IMG/VR virus record: IMGVR_UViG_3300045988_079557
Origin: a virus
Direction: 5' to 3' (one strand)
DNA length: 40,305 bases
This document shows, piece by piece, positions 17,979-27,243 of this stretch; positions within the stretch are counted from its first letter, which is position 1; every line of letters starts with the position of its first letter. The notes below the pieces were generated by a model that had not been told where the DNA came from, did not search any database, and worked only from the letters and a program-made list of their open reading frames with translations. The position numbers and the translations under genes are program-made.

Positions 17979-19145
17979 TTACTTGCTCTTTTTGGTAAGT
18001 GTCACAAGGCTGTTCTTGTCGACGACCTTGCCGTCTACCAGCATGATACCCTTTATAACCTGATCCTCAGTGTCATTATCCTCATATCTCTTGACTGTCA
18101 TCTGGAGATTTGTGTTGAGGATATAGTCCTCAGGACGGAAAAGGAAAGCGACGATTGTGTCAGCCGATACAGCGTCGGTATAAGCGTCGATATCATCAGA
18201 GAACACAACAGGTCTGCCAAGAACTGATGGCTGCATATCGCCGTTAAGACCATAGTTGACCCTTGCGATAGGCTGTCCCTGAGTATCTGTCATTGCCTGG
18301 ATAGTGCAGAATGTTGACCAGTTCATAAACCACTTAACGCCTGCTCTATAACCTGACGGAATTTTTGACATCATATTCCACAGGGTATCGTATGTAATGC
18401 CGCTTGCCAGTGCAACGTTCACATTCTGACCACTGACAACAGTTTCCGTCAGAATGCCCTTTGGTCTGGTTGTGCCGTCGCCCTTGATGATTGCTGTCTC
18501 GATAGCAGCGATCATTGCATCTGCCACCTGATTAACGAACACAGTTTCAAAGAAATCAAGAGATACTACCGAAACTTCAAGCGACATTGAAATCGGACAT
18601 CTGAGCTTGAAGTAGCTAAAAGTGATTGAGCCTGTAGCCTTCTTCTGTGTGTCAGAGCTTGCACCCTCAGCAACCCATGTTGCAACTGGCTTTGCGCTTG
18701 ATGTAGGGATTGTCACGCCACCTTTGATATTTGTCTTTGTGACCAGTGCATAGATCTGGCCGTGTTCCTCCAGTTTTTCAACGATTCGCTGCATGGTTGT
18801 GGACGGAATGACAGCCGCAACGTCAGTGGTCTTTGTGGACTGTGCCTCGTTCGCAAACTTTGCAGGGATTGGTGTACCCTCGAGAACATTGTGCATAAAC
18901 GCAGTTCTGTATTCGATGCTGTCATAGATGTTTGATGTGGGTGTGATCGCATTCTCGTTCATCTTGTTTTCATTCCTTTCAATGATATTTTTCATAGTAT
19001 CTGACGCATGGTCTTTTGTCATAGCGTTCAGATTTGCCTGTGTCTTTGCCGCTTTTTCAGCGTCATTCATCAGCTTTTCAGCTTCCTCGAAATTGCCCTC
19101 GTCAATGAGAGCCTGAGCCTTGTCAAGCATTTCCTGTCTTGTCAT
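17979..19145 (-). CDS. Major capsid protein, HK97 family
   Basis: 388 aa with an N-terminal coiled-coil delta-like domain. It follows the ClpP-like protease gene. Confidence 0.85.
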   Translation of the reverse strand: MTRQEMLDKAQALIDEGNFEEAEKLMNDAEKAAKTQANLNAMTKDHASDTMKNIIERNENKMNENAITPTSNIYDSIEYRTAFMHNVLEGTPIPAKFANEAQSTKTTDVAAVIPSTTMQRIVEKLEEHGQIYALVTKTNIKGGVTIPTSSAKPVATWVAEGASSDTQKKATGSITFSYFKLRCPISMSLEVSVVSLDFFETVFVNQVADAMIAAIETAIIKGDGTTRPKGILTETVVSGQNVNVALASGITYDTLWNMMSKIPSGYRAGVKWFMNWSTFCTIQAMTDTQGQPIARVNYGLNGDMQPSVLGRPVVFSDDIDAYTDAVSADTIVAFLFRPEDYILNTNLQMTVKRYEDNDTEDQVIKGIMLVDGKVVDKNSLVTLTKKSK

Positions 19146-19809
19146 TTTTATAACCCTCCTTTAGTTTGTCAAGCCTTGCCTGCGCCGTTATCTTTTTGTC
19201 AGCACGCTCAGCTTTCATCTTTTCGATTACGTTCTGTGGTATGATATCGCAGTAGGCCGCCACAAGCTGTGACTTGGCGTTCTTGTTTCCTGCGATTTCG
19301 TCTATCAATCCCAGTCCGACCGCTTCATCAGCCGTCAACCATGTTTCCTTGTCCATGATTTCTAACGCCTTTTCTTTTGCCATGCCCGATTTTGTTATGT
19401 AGGCATTTGCAATGGTTTCATTGGCTTTTTGCAGGATTTCTGACATTTTGTCCATGTCATGGTAATCACCTCTTGTCGCTGATGATACGTTGTGCACCAT
19501 AATTTGTGCCGTCGGTGATATATCTGACTTGCCTGCACACGCTATCACGCTTGCCGCACTTGCCGCAAGACCGACAACGTGTATTTTGACGTCGCCTGAA
19601 TATTCACGGATTGCCGAATAGATTTCGGACGCTGCAAAAATATCACCACCGCCAGAATTGATGTAAACTTCCAACGGCTCGCCTTTTTCAGCCGCAGCAG
19701 TTATATCTTTTAAGACCCTCGCAGGAGAAATGGCGTCAATGTCGAAAAGGTCATAGATCCACTGGTCATCATTCGGAATGATAGTACCTTTGACGTTAAT
19801 TTTCATCAT
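19123..19809 (-). CDS. Prohead (head maturation) serine protease, ClpP/S14-like
   Basis: 'INSGGGDIFAASEIYSAIREYSGDVKIHVVGLAASAASVIACAG'. I placed the start at the ATGATG after GGAGGTG; the ORF track starts at 19824. Confidence 0.85.
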   Translation of the reverse strand: MMKINVKGTIIPNDDQWIYDLFDIDAISPARVLKDITAAAEKGEPLEVYINSGGGDIFAASEIYSAIREYSGDVKIHVVGLAASAASVIACAGKSDISPTAQIMVHNVSSATRGDYHDMDKMSEILQKANETIANAYITKSGMAKEKALEIMDKETWLTADEAVGLGLIDEIAGNKNAKSQLVAAYCDIIPQNVIEKMKAERADKKITAQARLDKLKEGYKNDKTGNA

Positions 19810-20977
19810 TTTCACCTCCCTCACCGCTGTCTATCTTTGCCGTGTCTAGTCTGACATAGTACTGATCGCCCGAAGGAATGTCAGCCAGATTGAACACGCT
19901 TCGGATTTCGTTTGCGTTCATAATGCCTCTGTCGAAAAACTGCACCAGATTCAGCTTGGTTGACATTGACGCAGTACTCAGATTGAACGCTTCAAAAACT
20001 ATCTTATTGCCATACCCTCTTTCGATACGGCTGAATAGTTTTCGTGTGAATTCGCCAGCCAGTTCCATTACCACTGGTTCTATCTCCGATTCGTAGTAGG
20101 CGTTGTATTGGTTTTCGGTGTAGTTCGACTGCACGATATTTGCGTTTGTGTTAAACAGCGAATAAATTCTCTGTGTGGTTTTTTCCATGACCGATGAATT
20201 CGGTACATAGTCTTTTGCGTCAACTTGCTTTGCGTCTGCTTTGCTGTCGACCGCCGCAACACCTGTGCCGTTCTGAACGCTCATGAACTGCTCGCTGAAC
20301 TCCTGCGCTTGCTTTTTCAAATCTTCAGGGCGCAGGGAACTGGTGAACTTCAACAGCCAGCGGATAATTGACGAATTCTTGATAGCCTTGACAATACCCT
20401 GATCTGTAGTTGTCACGATTTCCATTAACGGCGTCAGCGTTTCACTCAGCCGTTCTCCGAAGATATCGTCTTTGTAAAAATCGCTACGCAAATGAATGAT
20501 ATCTGCATACGGAAACGTATATCTTTGACCATTGAAAAACGTGAATTTTAAATACAAATCGTTGCCGATATATACGCACTCTGCGCTGTCTGCAGGGATA
20601 GGATATAGTTCAGTAGGATAGCCGTTGCCGTCGCGGATAATCAAAATAAACGCGTTATTGTTCAAACACAACTGCGTTGCGATTTTTTCTAATAGTTTCT
20701 GCATTGTCATGAACTCGTTTGGCTCTTCTAGCAGCATTCGCATATATGGTTCAGGGTTTATCTCGATACTGCCGTCACCATTTCGACTATATGATTTTCT
20801 GATATGCTTTGCGGTCAGTTTTCCGATAGCCTTGACCTTCGGGCGAATGCAGGCACGCACCAAATCCGACCGATAAACGTTGCCGTCCCAGCTATAGTAG
20901 CCGTTGCCGATTTCCGTCATCATCTTATATCGGGTCACTACCTGTGACCTGTTTTTAAAACGATTTATCAGACCCAT
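19796..20977 (-). CDS. Portal protein, HK97 family
   Basis: 393 aa, between TerL and the protease. Confidence 0.85.
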   Translation of the reverse strand: MGLINRFKNRSQVVTRYKMMTEIGNGYYSWDGNVYRSDLVRACIRPKVKAIGKLTAKHIRKSYSRNGDGSIEINPEPYMRMLLEEPNEFMTMQKLLEKIATQLCLNNNAFILIIRDGNGYPTELYPIPADSAECVYIGNDLYLKFTFFNGQRYTFPYADIIHLRSDFYKDDIFGERLSETLTPLMEIVTTTDQGIVKAIKNSSIIRWLLKFTSSLRPEDLKKQAQEFSEQFMSVQNGTGVAAVDSKADAKQVDAKDYVPNSSVMEKTTQRIYSLFNTNANIVQSNYTENQYNAYYESEIEPVVMELAGEFTRKLFSRIERGYGNKIVFEAFNLSTASMSTKLNLVQFFDRGIMNANEIRSVFNLADIPSGDQYYVRLDTAKIDSGEGGENDEN

Positions 20978-20990
20978 TTTTTCACCCCTT

Positions 20991-22652
20991 TCATATCAAA
21001 CTCTCAAATTCTTCCTGCCGATTATAATAGACCACATATGCGTCTAGCAGTGCCGCAAGTCCGTCTATTCTTTGCGTTCGGTCAGATTTCTTACACGGCT
21101 GAATGTTGCCGTTGACGTCCGTCTTTACAGCCGTATTTAGGAAACACCATTTGTCAATTGGATTGTTGTCGTAAACGATGTTGTGTCGCTGAAACTCAGC
21201 TTTCAAATTCTTCATCGGGTCAGACAGCGTTATAACGCCCTGGCGCACAGGTACTAAAACGCCCTTGCCGAACTCCTCTTCAAACGCCTTTATCAGCTCG
21301 TCCGAAACGTGCCAAGGGTCATAGCCGATAGCCAACGGATAAATATCTTCCTTATCTCTCAGTTCCAAAAACCAGTCTAGGATAACACGCTTGTTGACCT
21401 TGTTTCCCTCGCACGTCCTCAGCAGGCCTTGTGATTTCCACAATTCATACGGCACACTATCTCGTCCACGTCTGTCACCCTTTTCAGCGTCAGCGTCAAG
21501 GACGGCTTGCGGTATCCAGTACATAGATTTTACATACAACCTATCATCGTCAGGCTTTTTGCAGATAGCCTTTGCGGCATTAAGGTCTATATAATCAGCA
21601 GCGTCAAAACCACCGATGAAATATCTGAACGGATAATCCACGACAGTTTCTTCATTGTTCAGCTCGTCCCATCTCAGCCAGCCGCTTTCGGTATTCTGCG
21701 GTAGGTTGAAATCCTTGACCATAACTGTTGCCTTAAAGCTAGGATCGTCTTTGGCTTTCTGCACCATTTGGCGCAGATAGTCTGTTGATTTTATCGTGCC
21801 CAGTCCAGGGTTTGCTTTTAACCAGCATTCTTCCTTGTCCCATTCGTCAGGACTATCCAACTCATAGATAAACGGCAGAAACCTGTTATTGTTTTCCGTC
21901 AGCCGTCCATATAGCAGATTATTTGCATATTCGTATTGGGCGTCAAAGATACCGCCACGAACGAAGCCGTTTGTAGTAATGCAAAATAAAATGGGCTGCT
22001 GTCTAGCGCCCATTGCTTGTTTTATCAAATCATATAGATCTCGATTTTTTATTGCCGCCAGCTCATCAATAACACCGCAGTGAACGTCTAGGCCGTCAAG
22101 GTTGTTTGAATTGCTGGCAAGAGCCTTTATAAATCCCATGTTCAATGGAAAATACAAATCGGCTGCACGCTTGTGAATATGCTTGCTCAACAATGGCGAT
22201 TGTTTTATCATTTTGTAGCAGGCGTTGAAACCTAGCTTTGCCTGATCTAACTTTGTGGCGACGTTATATATCTGCGGTGAACCCTCTCCGTCATTGACTA
22301 GCATATCATTTTCGACCGCCGCAATTTCCGTTGTCTTGCCGTTCTTTCGACCTTCAATTATCAGGCATTCGTTATACTGGCGCAGGTTGTTATCGTCAAC
22401 AAAGCCGAATAATGCTTGCAGTCTTGCTTTTTGAAACAACTCCAGCTTCAACGGCTGACCTAGTTTTCCTGACGGCTGCTTACAGAATTTTTCGATAAAG
22501 TCCGTGTGCCGTGTTGCAATAGCTTCGTCGAAATGAAATTCATCAGGGCTTGCAAATCTGTTCAGCAGCATTTCTGAAACCTTTTTCATTTTCTCGCACG
22601 CAACGATATTTCCGCCATAAATGTCAGTAAAATATTTTTCAAATTCCGTCAA
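20991..22652 (-). CDS. Terminase large subunit
   Basis: 553 aa, Terminase_1-like, with Walker A-like 'IIEGRKNGKT'. It lies after the small subunit gene. Confidence 0.9.
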   Translation of the reverse strand: MTEFEKYFTDIYGGNIVACEKMKKVSEMLLNRFASPDEFHFDEAIATRHTDFIEKFCKQPSGKLGQPLKLELFQKARLQALFGFVDDNNLRQYNECLIIEGRKNGKTTEIAAVENDMLVNDGEGSPQIYNVATKLDQAKLGFNACYKMIKQSPLLSKHIHKRAADLYFPLNMGFIKALASNSNNLDGLDVHCGVIDELAAIKNRDLYDLIKQAMGARQQPILFCITTNGFVRGGIFDAQYEYANNLLYGRLTENNNRFLPFIYELDSPDEWDKEECWLKANPGLGTIKSTDYLRQMVQKAKDDPSFKATVMVKDFNLPQNTESGWLRWDELNNEETVVDYPFRYFIGGFDAADYIDLNAAKAICKKPDDDRLYVKSMYWIPQAVLDADAEKGDRRGRDSVPYELWKSQGLLRTCEGNKVNKRVILDWFLELRDKEDIYPLAIGYDPWHVSDELIKAFEEEFGKGVLVPVRQGVITLSDPMKNLKAEFQRHNIVYDNNPIDKWCFLNTAVKTDVNGNIQPCKKSDRTQRIDGLAALLDAYVVYYNRQEEFESLI

Positions 22653-22990
22653 TGCTTTGCACCACTTAGAAATTCCAACAGCTCGTCGCCCTCAGACTTT
22701 TGCAGGCTGTCAAGGATAATATCCTCAACCGTCTTTGCCATTGCATTGTATTTTCCGATTAACGTTGCATACGCTTTACTTGCAGGGTGCTCTGTCTTGA
22801 CAGTAAAACCATTGCCGTTTGTCGCTTCGATGATTGCGCCCTCTGCTTTTATCTTTTTCTGGTACTCGCTCAGCAGATTTTCCATATACTCCAGCTGATC
22901 TAACAGCTTTATGCCCAGTTCTCTTTTAGCTGGTTCACAGCTATCCACAGCTTTTCGCAACTCACTCAAATTCTTTTTGATTTTTGCCAT
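22649..22990 (-). CDS. Terminase small subunit (P27 family-like)
   Basis: 113 aa. It overlaps the TerL start by 4 nt and follows the HNH gene. Confidence 0.7.
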   Translation of the reverse strand: MAKIKKNLSELRKAVDSCEPAKRELGIKLLDQLEYMENLLSEYQKKIKAEGAIIEATNGNGFTVKTEHPASKAYATLIGKYNAMAKTVEDIILDSLQKSEGDELLEFLSGAKH

Positions 22991-23069
22991 TGTCAGATTA
23001 CACCCCCCTTATGCGATTTTATCGTGCGTAAAAAATGACCTTTGCCCCCTCGGTATCTTAGGAAAAATT

Positions 23070-23396
23070 TCATTCCAAATTTGAGGGGGGCATGGGCATA
23101 CCCGATGCGTCAAATTCACATTTTGTTAATTTTTTAGGTGATTTTTGGTAGAAGTGACCCTCGAAATTATCATGACATTTTTTGCATACAAATTCGAGAT
23201 TGGCATGGTTTAATGATACCTCAGGGTCACGAATGTTCGCTGGTGTCAACAATGTTCGGTGATGAACAATATATCCAGCACGTTCATGACATTCTTCGCA
23301 AAGACCGCCGTCGATTAATATGCGTTTGTCGATGTAGGATTGGCGACACTTCTTCCATGCCGCTGAGCGGTAAAAAGAATATGCAAAGTCTTTCAT
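23070..23396 (-). CDS. HNH endonuclease (packaging-associated)
   Basis: 'CEECHERAGYIVHHRTLL...NLEFVCKKCHDNFEGH'. I moved the start to the ATG at 23396 (MKDFAYSFY), which lies after gggggcgg. Confidence 0.8.
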   Translation of the reverse strand: MKDFAYSFYRSAAWKKCRQSYIDKRILIDGGLCEECHERAGYIVHHRTLLTPANIRDPEVSLNHANLEFVCKKCHDNFEGHFYQKSPKKLTKCEFDASGMPMPPSNLE

Positions 23397-23722
23397 GACA
23401 CCGCCCCCATAAAATAAAAATGCCACACGTGGGACACATTGTTAAGAGGTGTGTGTGGCTGATTGGTATCGGCGTCAACATCATTGCAGTATCGACCGAT
23501 ATATCCGCCATAGCTAATGCCATAGCGGAAGTCAGGAGATCTAAAACAAAAGAAGTAAAAAACATGGAGCAGGTTAAGTGATGGTGCACCGCCCCTGCAC
23601 ATTGCCTGAGGGCTAGCCACTCAGGCGTAAAAAAATGGGGTTGGCTTTTATTGAGGAGATAACCAACTGACCTTTCCACCCTATCGGGCTATTATACAGT
23701 ATAGCAGATTAATAACTGCATT

Positions 23723-24187
23723 TCACTGCATTTCACTGCATTCTTTTGGAACGATGATATGTTTCAGGGCTTCACCGTGAATTTTATAAATCGTGCGTTC
23801 TGAATAGTTCATATAATCAGTGATCCCCATTATGTATTCACCATTTTCTTTATTGAATTTTCCTACCCAGCGTTGATAAAAAAGATACCGTCGTTCAAGG
23901 ACTTCTCGCTGGTCTGCGTCTGCTACTGCGTCAATAGATTGTTCAATTTGCAGACGTTTTTCAATCAGTATCAGTGCCAGTTCCTGCTGTCTGCGTTCGT
24001 ATTCCGCTATGCGTTCTATGGTGCTTGACATCTTGTCGCCATTGCAACTACCATGACTAGCACCTGTATTTTCGTATGAAATACCAGCATATTCTAGCTG
24101 TGACCGCAGTTTCTTGACCTTGTTTTCGATGATTTTTACACGCCGTTCGATTTTATAGGCGTTTTGCAAATATTCTTTTGCTGTCAT
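23723..24187 (-). CDS. Putative late-gene transcriptional activator (sigma-70 region-4-like HTH, RinA/ArpU/DUF1492-type)
   Basis: 154 aa with an N-terminal coiled coil. The C-terminus 'REVLERRYLFYQRW...ITDYMNYSERTIYKIHGEALKHI' looks like a sigma region-4 HTH. It is the last gene before the packaging module. Confidence 0.55.
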   Translation of the reverse strand: MTAKEYLQNAYKIERRVKIIENKVKKLRSQLEYAGISYENTGASHGSCNGDKMSSTIERIAEYERRQQELALILIEKRLQIEQSIDAVADADQREVLERRYLFYQRWVGKFNKENGEYIMGITDYMNYSERTIYKIHGEALKHIIVPKECSEMQ

Positions 24188-24188
24188 T

Positions 24189-24524
24189 TCAACCGCCTTT
24201 CTGCACCCTGTCAGTCATTTCCGTTGATATCAGTTCCGACAGGTCAATGCCGTATGTTTCTTTCAGATAGCTGGCGTTATTGTCGTTATCGAATTCAGCC
24301 GTGTCCATGATGTCAAACGTGCTATTTACTGCGTTGATAAATGCACGCAGGCGTTTGCCTTTCCAGCCGTACCACTTATCCAGCGTCCACAAAACAGTCG
24401 CCATTATCTGTTCTGTGATATCCTGCATTATCTCGCCTTGCAGTTCGCTATATCTTTTCTGCATTTCCTTTGCGACTTCTTTCTTGATGTCGCTTTGTCT
24501 GACGATGTTTGTTCGTGCTTTCAT
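24189..24524 (-). CDS. Hypothetical protein
   Basis: ORF track. Tightly packed in the operon. Confidence 0.5.
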   Translation of the reverse strand: MKARTNIVRQSDIKKEVAKEMQKRYSELQGEIMQDITEQIMATVLWTLDKWYGWKGKRLRAFINAVNSTFDIMDTAEFDNDNNASYLKETYGIDLSELISTEMTDRVQKGG

Positions 24525-24922
24525 GGCATTTCACCAGCTTCCAGCAATTCAGGATTGTCATAAACGTTTCCGACAATCTCAAGTTCACGTCCGTACACAT
24601 TATCAAAATCTATCGTAAACGTAGAAAATGTTATAATAAATTTTGCAATATCACTGTCCCATTGAATTACGCCACGCTCATCTTCGTAATCTATGTAATC
24701 GGATACAACAATATCACCCTCAAAAATCTTATTGCCGTTCGTGTCGGTAAGACCTGTGTACTGACCGACAGTTTCAGGGTCAATTTCGGCTGTATATAAT
24801 GCACTTGCATAATCGGGAATGATATAGTCTTTTTCTTTTCCTATCCAACCATAGCGGCAGGGATAACCCTGAACCCATTCGCCATTGGCAATGCACTTTC
24901 CACGAAATAATATTTCACGCAT
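24521..24922 (-). CDS. YopX-family protein
   Basis: 'MREILFRGK...GEWVQG...QYTGLTDTNGNKIFEGDIV...EIVGNVYDNPELLE' is the classic YopX pattern. I trimmed the start to MREILF. Confidence 0.75.
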   Translation of the reverse strand: MREILFRGKCIANGEWVQGYPCRYGWIGKEKDYIIPDYASALYTAEIDPETVGQYTGLTDTNGNKIFEGDIVVSDYIDYEDERGVIQWDSDIAKFIITFSTFTIDFDNVYGRELEIVGNVYDNPELLEAGEMP

Positions 24923-25091
24923 TGTCTTCATCACTCCTTTTCTCCCACGCATAGCATTTGTTCTTTCTGTTCACTACGAGAAATTTAATCTTTGCGACAT
25001 CACTTCGCTTTGCGCAAAAAGTATATAGTGCCTTGTCATGCTGAGGACCGAAGCCTATTGCGTGTTCGCAGTTTGAACAGGTTTTATCCAT
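24915..25091 (-). CDS. Small Cys-containing hypothetical protein
   Basis: MDKTCSNCEH... The ATG lies inside the upstream stop context (aATGGATAA). Confidence 0.45.
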   Translation of the reverse strand: MDKTCSNCEHAIGFGPQHDKALYTFCAKRSDVAKIKFLVVNRKNKCYAWEKRSDEDNA

Positions 25092-25407
25092 TGTTATCAC
25101 CGTCCATTCTAGCGCCGCAAAGTGGACAATAAGTCGGGAACGTATCGCCGCATATTTCTTCTAAATTGCTTGCATAATATTCTGTTTTACATTCACTACA
25201 TCTTGTACAGCCGTTTTCATACATTAATTCTGTGGCTTCCCACTTTCCGTGCCTTGCTTCCTGCACGTCTGCGGTAGGCTGTTCGTTGATTATATCAGCG
25301 ATACTGCTGTTATCCCCCAGAATGCCTGTTATGCCCTTTTCGTATATCGGCATACACGCCGCCGATAGTTCGTTAATCAGATTGTCTGCATTGATATATT
25401 TTGTCAT
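25084..25407 (-). CDS. Hypothetical protein with a C-terminal zinc-ribbon-like motif
   Basis: 'CTRCSECKTEYY...YCPLCGARM'. Confidence 0.5.
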   Translation of the reverse strand: MTKYINADNLINELSAACMPIYEKGITGILGDNSSIADIINEQPTADVQEARHGKWEATELMYENGCTRCSECKTEYYASNLEEICGDTFPTYCPLCGARMDGDNNG

Positions 25408-25409
25408 CT

Positions 25410-26294
25410 TTATACCTCCAAATCATCAAATGTCAGCTGGTTGAAATCTTCGCCCAACCACCAGCGAAAAACGTCTTGACCTGTTTGCCATGACATTTTA
25501 GCAACTCTTCCAAGTTGTTTTCTACGTTCTAGCATTCTATCAAATGCGTTTATAAAATTTTGTTTGTATTTCGGATATCGTTCAAATTCAACGTATCTAT
25601 GTTTTCCTACCATAGGACAGCCAATGCACCCTATACGATTAAAACCGCATTCATACAGCGGATTTGATTTGCAACCATAGTAATGCAAAAAAGCCCACAC
25701 ATCATAATCAGACCAATCGACTATAGGGTTTACCATAGTTTTCGTAGTGCGATAGCAGTGTTCAACCAACCTACGATTTTTGTCGTTATCATCGTTAAGA
25801 ATTATCCCATCCTGATACGTTTGCTGATACTCTATGCCTATTTCATCAGCAGCTTTCATTGTAGCTTTCGGTTTGCCGATAATTTTTATAACATCAGCCG
25901 TTTCTTTACGGCGTTGACTTTCAGACCACCTAACGCCCGTGACAACAACACGTCCTATGCCGCCACGTTCTTTTAATTCGCTGCAGCAGTATCTTGCAAG
26001 ACGTGTCGGAGGCATTAGTTTTTTTACAATCAAATTCCACATAGTAACATGATTGCCGTTTTTGTCATACGCTTTATCTATTTTTACATCTGGCTGAGAT
26101 TGAACATATCTAACAGTTTCGGGTGCATCAACAGTTGTCAGATTATGTACTGCTTCAAATTTAACGCCTGAAAGTTGTGCCAAAATTTTGATACAGTCAC
26201 TATCTTTTCCACCGCTATACGCTAAATAATATCCGTCCGCAGGTTCAAACGCTTTCAGACGTTCGATAGCCTTTTGTTCTTTTGCACTATCCAT
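25410..26294 (-). CDS. PP-loop / PAPS-reductase-family protein (DndC/IbrA-like) with a C-terminal Cys cluster
   Basis: PP-loop 'YLAYSGGKDSDCI' and C-terminal 'CGFNRIGCIGCPM'. I placed the start at the ATG at 26294, directly after AGGAGG; the ORF track extends it to 26594. Confidence 0.75.
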   Translation of the reverse strand: MDSAKEQKAIERLKAFEPADGYYLAYSGGKDSDCIKILAQLSGVKFEAVHNLTTVDAPETVRYVQSQPDVKIDKAYDKNGNHVTMWNLIVKKLMPPTRLARYCCSELKERGGIGRVVVTGVRWSESQRRKETADVIKIIGKPKATMKAADEIGIEYQQTYQDGIILNDDNDKNRRLVEHCYRTTKTMVNPIVDWSDYDVWAFLHYYGCKSNPLYECGFNRIGCIGCPMVGKHRYVEFERYPKYKQNFINAFDRMLERRKQLGRVAKMSWQTGQDVFRWWLGEDFNQLTFDDLEV

Positions 26295-26302
26295 ATAGCC
26301 TC

Positions 26303-26452
26303 CTAAAACGTTACTGTCACATTCAGCACTGCCGCTGCTAACCAGTAGACAGCCTTTTTGTAATCTTTTTGTATTGCGTATACTACCGCTGCTCCCACGT
26401 CTAGCAGAATCAGCAACAGTGGGAAAATGTATTCGGGTTTGATTTTTGTCAT
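26303..26452 (-). CDS. Small 49-aa two-TM membrane protein (not separately listed in the ORF track)
   Basis: Hand translation gives MTKIKPEYIFPLLLILLDVGAAVVYAIQKDYKKAVYWLAAAVLNVTVTF. The RBS is ggaggtgg, with an ATGA overlap on the upstream stop. Confidence 0.55.
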   Translation of the reverse strand: MTKIKPEYIFPLLLILLDVGAAVVYAIQKDYKKAVYWLAAAVLNVTVTF

Positions 26453-26946
26453 GCCTTGCCACCTCCAAATGTAAACGGAGCATGTAGTCCGATTTTTGTT
26501 TCTTTCGCAACCGCTCTTGCTTTCTCAAGCCATTTGCATGATTCGTCATAGTGTTTCTGACATAGCTTGTGACCCTCGATTGCAGGTTTTCCACAGAGAT
26601 AGCAACGATGTTCTTCTACCCATAGCCATCGTGGGTCCGTTGCATTTTCCAACTTTTTCAGACGTTTTTTCCGATTCTTCTTGTTTGCGCATTTCTGACA
26701 GAAAACTTTGCCCGGAACTGCGGGCTTGCCACAACTTACGCATAACCCCTGTTCTTTATAGCGATAATATCTCTCACGATTTTTCTGATATATCTCATCT
26801 CTGTTCCTGTCAATGCGTTTTTCCTGGTATTCACGATACTTCGCACGGCATTCGTGACAGTACACATGATTGCCGACAGGTTTATTTACCCTGCAAAATG
26901 GACATATATGATGTTCTTTGTACCAGCTGTAATATTCATTTTTCAT
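26449..26946 (-). CDS. Cys-rich protein with repeated CxxC zinc-ribbon-like units
   Basis: 'CPFC...CHEC', 'CVSC...CQKC' and 'CYLC...CQKH', separated by R/K-rich helices. I trimmed the start to MKNEYY. Confidence 0.55.
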   Translation of the reverse strand: MKNEYYSWYKEHHICPFCRVNKPVGNHVYCHECRAKYREYQEKRIDRNRDEIYQKNRERYYRYKEQGLCVSCGKPAVPGKVFCQKCANKKNRKKRLKKLENATDPRWLWVEEHRCYLCGKPAIEGHKLCQKHYDESCKWLEKARAVAKETKIGLHAPFTFGGGKA

Positions 26947-27241
26947 CTGGCAGTACCTGTTCCAATTTGTCAAGACCACCATAAATATACAGCGTAAGAG
27001 CGTCAATAACTACGAAATTAATGTATGTCCCCAATTCGTCGAAATCAATGCAATCTTTGGCACCATCTTTTCGCTGACCTGCATTCTTCTGTGTCAACGC
27101 TATGCGGATATTTTCGCAGTGTTCACGCAATAGCTTCACGTCCTGCTTGGTGCATTCGCATTGCTTTCTCAACTTCAGAAAATTCCACATAGCGTCCAAC
27201 TGACCGCCGTCAAGCTTGGCTAGCCTTTCTTTGTTTGCCAC
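26936..27241 (-). CDS. Hypothetical protein
   Basis: ORF track. Confidence 0.5.
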   Translation of the reverse strand: MANKERLAKLDGGQLDAMWNFLKLRKQCECTKQDVKLLREHCENIRIALTQKNAGQRKDGAKDCIDFDELGTYINFVVIDALTLYIYGGLDKLEQVLPDEK

Positions 27242-27243
27242 TT

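Noticed and set aside
22991-23105. cos site upstream of terS, in the G/C runs and the ccccctc...gaggggg inverted repeat at 23045-23089
   Set aside because: The HNH-plus-terminase arrangement suggests cos packaging. The cohesive end cannot be located from sequence alone, part of the C-run is just the terS RBS complement, and the inverted repeat spans the HNH stop. I make no call.
23284-23679. 131-aa and 75-aa minus-strand ORFs upstream of and overlapping the HNH gene
   Set aside because: They overlap the well-supported HNH frame and lack an RBS. The region is dominated by hairpins.
26295-26594. 100-aa N-terminal extension of the PAPS-reductase-like ORF
   Set aside because: The extension overlaps the upstream Cys-rich gene. 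An ATG with a perfect AGGAGG RBS lies at 26294, just before the PP-loop domain. A separate coupled 49-aa ORF, in a different reading frame, occupies the gap.
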